DNA of 64,000 nucleotides from Eledone cirrhosa. Its lineage: Eukaryota. The position numbers were made by a program, and so were the translations under genes. The first letter of the stretch is position 1. Each line of letters opens with the position of its first letter. The stretch is taken from contig OZ024740.1 in NCBI GenBank assembly GCA_964016885.1, forward strand, positions 336,164,001-336,228,000. Reading direction: 5' to 3'. The notes beneath the pieces are model-generated. The model made no database searches, was not told where the DNA came from, and saw nothing but the letters and a program-made list of their open reading frames with translations. Below, one piece after another: positions 52,598 to 64,000 of this stretch.

Positions 52598-54504
52598 CAG
52601 ATATATACATATATGTACGTATTTATATATGAATGTGTGTCTTTTACAATGTTATTATTATACAGTTCTATATAATGGATCGTATAATAAATTATGGTCT
52701 TATCGTTGTTGAATATTTATGTACTTTCTTCTTTTTTATTCTGTTTTACGAATATACCTGTTTTCGATTTTTATATTCGTAAATCACATTTTTTGTTTTC
52801 TAAATATAATAAGGATATTATTTTTTTTTGTTTTTTTGTAACAATGGATAATCCGGACTGTGACACTACAGAGGAAGATAAGAGAAATTGTTGAATGTCT
52901 TCATTAATCAGAGAAGAATTCTAATAAATCATATTTAGATACAAAGTTAATGAAAACTTTGACGTTCGTAAATAATCAACTTCTTAAAGTCGATAATCGT
53001 GATTTCGTAACTTCTATAACGTCAATAATTTATAATTTTGTCAGCAAAATCATGTTATTTATTATATATTGTTGTTGGAAATAAAGAAATTATCGAAGAA
53101 ATTTCATTAGTATTTTTTTCACCTGAATAGAGTTTGTAAAATATCGGCTGAATACATACAATATATAGGTGTTCACATTTTTTTTTTTTATCGACATTTG
53201 CTTACCGAGTGAGGTAGAAATCGTCAAATCCGACCAATGAAACAATCTTTCCATGGGTCTTTCCCTCTACCGCTAGCAACTCCTGGCAGAAGGAGCAACA
53301 TAAAATAAAATATCTTGCACAAAGACATACGCATCACCCGGTCCAGGAATCGAACTCGCAACCCAATAATTGCAAACAAAATTCTCTAATCCCTAAGCCA
53401 CGCTGCTTCACTAGGTGTTCATTGAACCGAAAAAAATGTGTAGTTATATTGACTAATAGTTGTAGTGTGGGGTTTTTTTATCGCTTATTTAGAATAGAAA
53501 GAGCAATGGCCATGACTCTTCATAAAGCATCCATTACTGGTGAGTAAAAGAGAAGAATTTATCGTCAGACGGAGAATCCGGCCCAAGTAGGCTTCCAATA
53601 TTGTACACTCCACTACAGGCACCAAAGGAAAACGTGGTGAGGTAGACCAGTCAACAGATTTGGTGTATGGTTCAAAGACAACGATGATTCTTCCGAAGAG
53701 CTTTCACACATTTTGTATCATCCAAGTTTTAAAAGTGTTTAATCGATCCGAGACTATAGTAGGATCTAACACGAAACTACGTTGAAAATAAAAGAACTGC
53801 TTAACCACAAAGCTATGTCAGACTATACATACTGTGTATTAATGTAGATTACTTATTTATATCTCGAGGATATCCAGCTAAACAGACAGTCTACAGATGT
53901 TGACTGAATAGACACATTTTGTTAATGTCTGTCAATAATGACAGTAGATGTTAACAACCTTTAAATATCGATTATCCATAAGTTATGATTGGTGATTCTT
54001 TGTTCAATAGTTAATATGAAGATGAAGGGCGGTAGCCATACTGTTTGTATTTATTTCTAAACTATAGAAATATCTATTTAAGTTTAATACTGAACTAGTG
54101 AAAATCAATAGGGTGGAGGCGTATTGACAGAATCGTTAGAGCGTTGGATAAAATCCCTTGTGGTATTTGTTCCAGCCTTTTACATTCAGGTTTTAAATCC
54201 CGCCAATGCTAATTTATTCTTTTGTTCTTTAAGGGTCGATGAAATACAGTAAAAGTCAAAGACGGAGTTATCAGAGCATTGAGCAGCATGAACTGAGTTA
54301 TTGAGATGATTGCTACGGGCCAACGAAGTAGTCTTCACGTAATCTCATGATTTGCTGAGAATAGTAGCAAAACATACATTAAATGAAGCCTTTAATAAAA
54401 AAAGCATCGGGCACAGCGGATAATGAATAATATAATCATAGATACGTTACATCTTAATAAAAGATGCGAGTGATATGGCTAAAACACCAATGATATTGTA
54501 TGTA

Positions 54505-54840
54505 TGTTGGTCCCGTAACTGCTGATAGAGTCATAGGGTGCTGTATTGACATACAGTATTGTTGGGCATTTTAAGCCTGGCAGAGCCCATCCCTCTCCAG
54601 GCCTGAGTACAGCAGATTCCTTCCAGAGAAAGATAGAAAGTGAGTGAGAGGAAATGAGAAAGAGATATAGAGGAAGAATCGACCCCAGTACTAGACTGGT
54701 ACTTTTTTTTTATCGACCTCGAAAGGATGAAAGGCAAAGTTGACCTAAGCGGGATTTGAACTCAAAGAGCTGAGAGCCGTAACGAATTCCATAGAGCATT
54801 CTATCCGACGTTCTAACGACTCTGCCAATTCGCCGCCTTT
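54505..54840 (-). mobile_element. Family A SINE variant with the alternative tail
   Basis: Reverse complement of the 17985-18305 type. Confidence 0.8.
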
Positions 54841-55259
54841 TACCAATGATATTCTAACAGACCAACAACAAAACCATGATGGACAACATTGAGACAATGT
54901 ATATGTGGATCGTTCGATAGACTACCTTACTCGTTGGGGTTAATTGGAGTCAATCACCAGCAACTGCATTAACAGTAGCAGTAATATTTATATCAGCAGC
55001 GACATTTGCAGCAGCGCGTGCAAAATTCATCCAATTTAAATTTGTGAATGTGTATTTTCTCAATAGCGAAATTAATACTGAACAGATCTGACTGAATTAC
55101 TTATAGATAACAGCTAATCTATATTCCTACCCAAAAGATAAAATATAAATACGACAGAAATATGCTAATTTATAAATCATAATTCATAAATAATTCTGGA
55201 TTTAGCGAAACAAACAAAAATATCATTTAAATTATGGATTTGAAATTATATATATGCAG

Positions 55260-55365
<106 letters not shown>

Positions 55366-55633
55366 TTATAGATATATATATACAGATTTATATATATATA
55401 TATATACACATACACAATATATATACACACACAATTTCAAAAATATATATATATATGTGAGTGTGTGTGTGTGCGCGTATACAACCACACATATACATAC
55501 ACACACACATATATATGTATGTGTGTGTGTAATCGTTAATTTGTTTTATTCAGATTAGATCACTCGGTAGATAGATATATGTGTATATAATGAAATACCT
55601 AATATAGTCATATAAAACATGGATAGATAGATT

Positions 55634-55667
<34 letters not shown>

Positions 55668-56069
55668 CAGATAGATTCTTGATGTACAGGAAGTTGTAGT
55701 TTAAACACGTACATTCATACACAATTGAGACGAAATATATTCCGATAGATGTTGTTCCTTTCACTTCAGTGCTCTGATTTATCCCCATATATTCAGATTT
55801 TATCTGAATACACGGAAGAAAAATTAAGGTAGTGAAGTGGAAGGAAATATACTACACGCGAATAAATGCTTCCAATGCTTAATTACTTCGTTCTGCATTC
55901 GTAGTTCAAATGCCGCCAGTGTCAATTTGGCTTTCATATCCCAAGAGCAACCCATAAAGCCATGGGTTTAGATTAATACAATATATGACATATTCTCCAC
56001 AGTAGATTAAACCAATTTATGTTGCACACATACATAGATAGAGATGAGTAATTAGGGTAAAAATAATGA

Positions 56070-57185
56070 TAGAGGCTCCGTAACTCTCGGTGTAGTTACA
56101 AGGGCACTGTTATGATACATGGCGTGTCTGGATATTTTGGGACTTGGTGGAATCGATATCTTCCAGAAAAACAAAGAGAATCGATCCCAGTTCTGGACTG
56201 GTACTTTAATTATCGAAATCGAAAGGATGAAAGGCAAAGTTGACCTCCACGAAATTTGAACTCTGAATGCAGTGAGCGGGAATAAATGCCGAAACATTCT
56301 TAATCATCCGCCTTAACGAGTCTATCAATTTGCCGCCATGGTAATTATTGAGTATTAAGGTATGTTGGTGTTTTATAATTATTATTAAGGGGGAAGAGGG
56401 CGGTGGATTGGCAGTATCAGAAGAGAGTCAGACACCATGCTTTGCGGCATAGAATTACAGCCCTTTACACGGTCTGAGTTCAAATCCCGCCTAGTCTAAC
56501 TTTGCCTTTCATCCTTAAGGGTCGATAAAATAAAGCACCAGTAAAGTACTGGGGTCGATTCAATCGACTTTCCCCTCCCAAAAAATTGCTGGCCTTGTGC
56601 CTATACTAGAAATCGTTATTAAGGGTGAAGCGATAGGTTGGGAGAACTGTTAGAGCGTCAGTCAAAATGCTTTGCAGTATTTGTTCCCCCTCTTCGTATA
56701 TATTGAATTCAAATCCTGCCGATATCAACTTTGCCTTTCATCCAGTAATGCACTGGGGTCTATTTAATCGACTTTCTCGTCCCCCAAAACTGTTGGCATT
56801 GTGGCTAAATCAGAAACCATTATTAGTAAAAGGCGGATTGGCAGTATCGGTAGGGGGTCGGATGCCATGCTTTCCAGCATAGTTACGTCCCTTAACAATC
56901 TGAGTTCAAATCCCGCCGAGGTTGACTTTGCCTTTCATCCTTACGGGGTCGATAAAATAAAGTACCAGTAATGCACTGGAAAATTGCTGGCCTTGTGCCA
57001 AAAAGTAGAAACAATTATTAGTAAAAGCGCTGGATTGGCAAAATCAGAAAAGTGACGAACAAAATGTCTTTTGATAAATTTTTCCGTGAGCTCGAATTTC
57101 GCATGTGTCACTTTTGCCTTTCATCGTTCCAAAGCCGATGAAATAAATCGCCAATCAAGTGTGCCTATATTAGAAATAATAATTA
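56070..57185. mobile_element. SINE cluster: one minus-strand variant and four head-to-tail plus-strand family A copies
   Basis: Cores near 56220 (minus) and 56500, 56730, 56930, 57115 (plus). Confidence 0.85.
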
Positions 57186-57584
57186 TTGATAATAATCTGG
57201 GGCTTCTATTTAATTAGTAGAGTACCAATACAGCGTGAGTTATAAATAAATAAACGGTGTAATATCTGTATGTCAAATTAGTTTCATCTTTACAGTTGAT
57301 TTGGATGAGCATTGAACCGGCTGGTTTCTCTGTCTACTCAACCCATTAAGGTTCGCTTACTTCTCTCTTTCTCTCGCAATGCTGAGATAAAATAGCTGAA
57401 GGCTACTTACTGAAATGTAAACAAAATCGTGCCAGACATAACTCATTTACATAGTGTTACAAGGTTTATGACACGGCAATAATTACCATTGTACCAATAC
57501 AGCGTGGGTTATGAATAATGATTATAAGAAGTCATATCCATATGTATTTTGTCTCGTCTGTCCCTGATCACCCATCTGTTTAAT

Positions 57585-57830
<246 letters not shown>

Positions 57831-58127
57831 ATTCGTTATGAATGAATAACTAAATTTTTTTTATAAAAGTAATATGAAGCACTGTTGATTTATAATTCTT
57901 TAACAACCATCCGACATCACAGAATATACAACGAACCTACATGTCTACCTGTGTATTATTACCACCACCACCACCACCACCACCCCCTACCCCACCCCTC
58001 CCCTTCTCAGGTGAGATATCTTACAAACAGATCAACATTTGTAGGGGCTGGGTTTGACTTATTTTAAGACCTGATAGAAGAAAGATTCCACGTGAACTCT
58101 TCACAATTTCCTCCTTTATAGAAGATA

Positions 58128-58286
58128 CAACAGCAGCAGCAGCAACAACAACAACATCAACATCAACATCAACAGCAGCAACAACAACATCAACAACAAC
58201 AACAGCAACAACAACAACAACATCAACATCAACATCAACATCAACAGCAGCAACAACAACATCAACAACATCAACAACAACAACAG

Positions 58287-58317
<31 letters not shown>

Positions 58318-58431
58318 ATCAACAGCAGCAGCAACGACGACAATAACAACAACGGCAACAACAGCAACAACGATAATACCATCACCACCAACAACAACAA
58401 CAACAACAACAACAACGACAACATCACCAAT

Positions 58432-58468
<37 letters not shown>

Positions 58469-58470
58469 CC

Positions 58471-58502
<32 letters not shown>

Positions 58503-58623
58503 CAACAGCGATAACATCACCACCACCCCCACCACCAGCACCAACAAAAACAACAACGATAACATCACCACCACCACCAACAACAACAACAACATAATAA
58601 TAACAGCAAAACAACAACAACAA
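58128..58623. repeat. (CAA/CAT/CAG/CAC)n low-complexity array
   Basis: Directly visible. Confidence 0.95.
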
Positions 58624-59559
58624 TGCTAGACATAGCTCATTCCAAACTTTACAATTTGTAAGTAAAGTAGCAGCTGCAAGATATTCCTACAGCTATGTGT
58701 ATTATTCATTTAATTACGTAAACCTGACGATAGATTGGATGACTTTCAGATGTTGTAAAGGTTTAGATCTATTAAGATCTATTTCTCAACTGTAACATTT
58801 CCAAAGAATCCTGTCACCCTACTAGATAGTTGGCTTTCATTCAGTTACCAATATTTAACGAAAGACAGCATTTCTCTTCACAGAGATAAACCGGTACACG
58901 AACCTTCGACCCTTTCAAATAAGGATTTGGCATTAAACCAATTATTTCACCCTTTTATATTCGATTCTGATTATATCTTGCATCAGGCAGACTTCTATGC
59001 AGAAACAATGGAGACTTTATGGAAAATCAACCCAGCACTGGTTTAGATATAAAGCTATGTCTTAGAATGGGAATATAAAGCGGTTTAAGAACTTCTCTAA
59101 ATGATAATGCTTATCTTTTACTTGTATAGCTTTTGGAAGATGCAACGTTGTCTTCAGATAATGTTTGTCAAAACTACTTTCCAGGGAGATAATGGCGGAA
59201 AAGAAGGAAATATATCGCAGATAATACAATATGTGTATGTGCGTGTGTATGTGTGTGTGTGTTTATGTGTGTAATTTAAGTATATTTGAAAGCAAACGAG
59301 AAATATATACAGTGTGTGAGCGCGTGAAGACCATTACATTTACTTTAGTATAGGAAAAATATTGCCCTTCTTTCCTATAATAACAAAACGCAGCGTTATA
59401 GAATATGAACGGTGCAGCATTAAACTGTATAACAGTACTGTTAATTCATGATAATATATTTATTAAATACTTTTTTGCAGCAGACCCCAATATATATCTT
59501 ACGTTTGTTCTGAAGGTGCCGACAGCGGCTTCCAGTTCTTTTTGCTAATGTCTGAAGAA

Positions 59560-60160
59560 AATCGATAAATGCAGCCTATATACTCGAAAATTTTCTATTC
59601 CTGTCTTCGAATATGGAAATATGTCTCCTACACTAAGTTACAGATCGATTTCGCTAAATATCTTCTAAATCCCAACTAGCATAAATTTTGAATTAGCAAA
59701 AGCTGCTAAACACAGATTCTATACCTATTTCACATAACAGGGGCGATCTCAAACACATATGTCATATACTTAGACAGCGTTGACAACAGCTTTTTGTTGA
59801 CAAAACTAACCTGCATTGAAGTCTGTGAAAAACACAGCGTCGGAATAAGGGTTTCCTGATAAGCAGAACCTAGCATGTGATCGACGGAATTCAACTTAAA
59901 CCTAACAAACTTTATCTGTAGCATCTCCCTTGGTGCTGTTTCGGGTCCACTTCGCTTCATAATTTATGTCAAATACATCACAAATGTCTTCAAACACAGC
60001 TCGTTAAAGATTTTCGCGGGAAATTCTAAGCTTCAGAACCTTATCAGTGAAGTAGGTGACCGGATGAAACTCCAGTCTGAGCTATATGCTGTAATACAAT
60101 TGGTGAGACAAAGCAATATGAAGCTAAACTAGGAAATCTTTTAGTCCGTCTACTTTGGAG
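59560..60160 (+). mobile_element. Very decayed CR1/Jockey-type RT fragment
   Basis: SLGAVSGPLRFIIYVKYITNVFKHSSLKIFAGNSKL resembles PQGTVLGPLLFIIYIND...IFADDSKL. Confidence 0.6.
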
Positions 60161-61040
60161 AAGAGAGTGTGGTTTTTTCATATCATGTCCATATTCAATA
60201 TTTCCATTACTTTTTAAATATTGGGGTAAATTTAGAAAAGTGAAAATTATTTAACACAAATTGGAACATATTTCTGATAGGAGTCATGAGGAAAGGAATT
60301 GTGCTGTAACAACGTTATATAAAATGAAATTGAATGAAATGTCTATTGTGTGGTGTTCATATTACAGACTCTATCATCCAAAGGAATTCTGCATTCGTCA
60401 AATATTCTACCACATGGCTTTGCCCTTGTGTAAACAACAGGTGGTTTATTTGTTGCTAGAAGAAAACAAAAAAAGATGTAGCTTGTTGATAGACTGTCGG
60501 AAATTTATTTGTCGCCAGGAGAAAGTAACCTGCTTTAATTTCATGAAAGGCCAGCTTTTTAAAAATATCAAATATTTGCGGAATCTACATACTCACACAA
60601 ATACGCACTAGTATAAAGACATCCGCGCACACGTGCGCACGAACACATACACACAAAGATACAAACACAAACGTGCGCTAACCCCTCAACCCACCACTCA
60701 CATACACACTTACACATACATTTGTCTAGAACCACTGTCTAATCAGAGATGAATCATTTTCTGGTTCTAATGATGAAGCTCATATATTGTAATGTAGTTT
60801 TAGCAATATTGTAATATATTTGTGTGTGTGTGCGTATGTGTGTGTGTGTGTGTATGTGTGTATGTGTGTGTGTGTGTGCGCGCGTATGCGTGTGTGTGTG
60901 TGTGTGTGTGTTAGGTAAGTATGTAACTACAGTTACAGGCGGTTTTGCCGTTCCAAACACTCGATATGCTGTTACAAGTTCCGCCTCGTGTTCGGTTGTA
61001 TTCCAGTATTCCAACAGTGACTTCGATCCTACTTATATGC

Positions 61041-61107
<67 letters not shown>

Positions 61108-62285
61108 GGCACTACAGGTCTGTTATGTGGGATGTAAACTATCTGTGGGTGGTGTTTCTGTGCAGAACGTTAAGGGATAGTGAAAGATGATATCTACATG
61201 AATGTATATGTGTGGTTAGATATAACAGTAAGTAGGTCGATAAATCACAGAAGGAAGAGCATGGAAAATATTACCGAACCATGAAGACACCAGACTTGAT
61301 AGAATATGCCACAAATATCCCCGTCAGTATATGCTGCAACCGTGTGGTCTGAAAATAAGCGATTAATCCAAGAAATGGTAGCCGAGTTTAAACCAAAACA
61401 GACAAGATAGTTAGAACGTTGTGGTTCAAGACACAGTCGATTGCTTTAACAAAATCCATAAAATAAGTAGAATAAGTACTGAGGTTGATCTGATTGACTA
61501 AATCCTATCATGGCCGCAGTCAAATTGACGAAAGCAGAGTCTACTTCATTAATATCATCAATATCATTTATGTTGGTTAATGTCGTTATGGCGTGTTAAA
61601 ATCCACATTAAGTGTTAAAACACATATCACTCTCTTCTCTAGAGTACTTAATCTTCGTTTCGTTGGTACCCGGAGAAAGCAACATCGCATCCTAACTGAG
61701 ACACTACGACTGATTGTATCAAAGCAAACTATAGCCAGAAATAATATAGTGAAGTCCTGTGACGTCATTGACTCTATACAAAGCATATGACTTTTCACAG
61801 CACAAGCTGTTGTTACGACCTCGGATTTACATCTGACTTTCCCTTATAGTAATTTCACTACGTGGATATTATGCTAAATTTCAAGTATTAGCATTTATGA
61901 AACATAAGATGCAAATAAAAAGGTGGAATGGTATATGATAAAGAAGTTTTATCTTTGATATCTCAACCGAATCCTGTTTCCTTCATATCTTGTATTAATA
62001 GCACATAACTTAGCATAGAATAATGCATATCAATATTTTCTATCTACATAGCTTCACTGGAACGATTATATCTTATAACTAATAGGTTCGGAGAAAAGAA
62101 ACAAAAAAATTGTTCACTGATGTATAGAATATAAATTGGTCTTTCTTGAAGCGTAATTTTTTTATCTTCAATTTCTATCTTGTCATTCCCTCTTATAGAT
62201 TACAACCGTAAATTTTAAATGTAAAATTCTCGAATTTAACTCTATTGCAACTTAAACGGTGATAAATTAAAAATTAATACACACG

Positions 62286-62287
<2 letters not shown>

Positions 62288-62338
<51 letters not shown>

Positions 62339-62409
62339 TCATACCTACATACATACATACATACATACATACATACATACATACATACATACATACATAC
62401 ATACATACA

Positions 62410-62440
<31 letters not shown>

Positions 62441-62695
62441 TATTTACATACATATATACTTATATACATATATATGGGGTATGCATGTATATATACATTT
62501 ATATATGTGTGTGTGTGTGTTTGTGGATTTATGAATGTGCATGTGTCTAAGTGTATATAGCCTCATATTTAAAAGCACATCAATATGTCGATCTCTGTCT
62601 GCTTGCCTATCTATCTCTTTCTCTCTCCCCTAGTATATAAATATGTATACAAATATGTATGCGCATGCTCATATTAATATACATTAGTACACACA

Positions 62696-62786
<91 letters not shown>

Positions 62787-62830
62787 AACATATATATATA
62801 TATATATATACATGTGTGTGTTCGTATGAA
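62288..62830. repeat. (TA)n/(TACA)n microsatellite cluster
   Basis: Directly visible. Confidence 0.9.
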
Positions 62831-63479
62831 CACAATAATAAATATATGTGTGTAGTGGGTGTGCATATATAATGTGTATGTATGGAAAACAGATATGAAT
62901 ATTCAATCAGAAAAGGCCATTTGAAGAACCTCTTAAATTATATAAAACTTTTGGATAAAGCTAAGTCTGAAAAGATAAAAACTTAATACTTTTGAAATAT
63001 ATGATCGGTTTTATTTTGTTTGTTGTGCGTTACTAATGGGTGTGTTTGGCTGTGTTTGGGAGTGAGTGAGTGGAGGATGGGAAGTATAGCATATATAGAC
63101 AATGATTTGTCTAGATTTATGAAGTATTCTCCTGAAGCTAAAATGAAAATGCAGACATCAGTATTTTGAAGCCTTAAACTATCGTAGGACACTGTACACC
63201 AAAGAACTACTTTATAATATATGCATTGGAGAGATTAATTCTTTTTTCCGAAAACAAAATAACTAATTTAACCAACTAGACATCTAATACTTTTCTGGCT
63301 TGTTCCATCTTTAGCTCTTAGAAATCAAAACACTAATCTAAGGTGGTAGATAGCTGTCACCAAGTTTAACACTACTACCTGCCGTTTCGGTGCCTTTATC
63401 AGTGTTCACTCTGTTGTAAGTATTCAGAGCGGATCTCTGGTTTCAGGATTCATCTCGCCTTCCTTCTTACTAATGCTAG

Positions 63480-63900
63480 AGACTCTGAGAAGTTTCATGG
63501 ACAATGATCTTCCCACTCTGACTAAATAGCACAAAACCACATAGATCTCTAGTATTCGATATTCGAGCCTACACCTCAGTAAATCAGGTTTTAGGGAGAT
63601 AGAATAGACAAACTGTACAAAGAGGTGTGCTGTTAAATATACATAGAGAAGTTTGGGCTTTGATTTTTTATCTGGGTTTAAGATAATGTACATTGTTTCA
63701 GAAATTTTGACAGCGTAGAAAATATATATAAATACCTGAACAAGTGTGTATACTTGCTAAGACAATACAACAATGATTTAGACACCTTCAAATACACTAT
63801 GTTTCCAGACATTGTCATAAATCCCTCTTGTGATGTGATTCCCATAGTAGTTGATGAGACTATGCAGGAAGTCGATTGAACGTTGGGGCCGAAATCCGAC
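63480..63900 (+). mobile_element. Possible decayed APE endonuclease remnant of a LINE
   Basis: R*NRQTVQRGVLLNIH resembles RxDR...GGGVLLYI; weak evidence only. Confidence 0.3.
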
Positions 63901-64000
63901 ATTTGTATACATTTGTATAAGAAATGAAATACAATTTGCTTATACAGATTTCTTAATTATATATAGTCTGTATTGTCTATTTTATATAACTGGTTTATTT

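Overview
AT-rich, repeat-saturated animal DNA with no host gene I can support; the SINE and microsatellite content resembles cephalopod (octopus) genomes, which is an inference. The window holds two large decayed Tx1-like L1 LINEs plus fragments, a near-complete RTE LINE, and an apparently intact R4/Dong-type RT-RLE retrotransposon in a (TAA)n array. It also holds two decayed Penelope-like elements (RT + GIY-YIG), about 20 copies of a tRNA/Nin-domain SINE, CORE-like SINEs, DNA-transposon remnants and many microsatellites. The main unannotated signal is about 20 minimal type I hammerhead-ribozyme motifs (CUGANGA...GAAA-short, often palindromic, stem III-UH). They sit in many mutually unrelated short fold-back or tandem elements embedded in (TA)n arrays, including a young 465-bp hammerhead tandem repeat with an inverted copy (retrozyme-like). 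Many of these elements share a GAGYRCT-like motif 30-65 nt from their microsatellite junction. All calls were made by eye, so boundaries are approximate.
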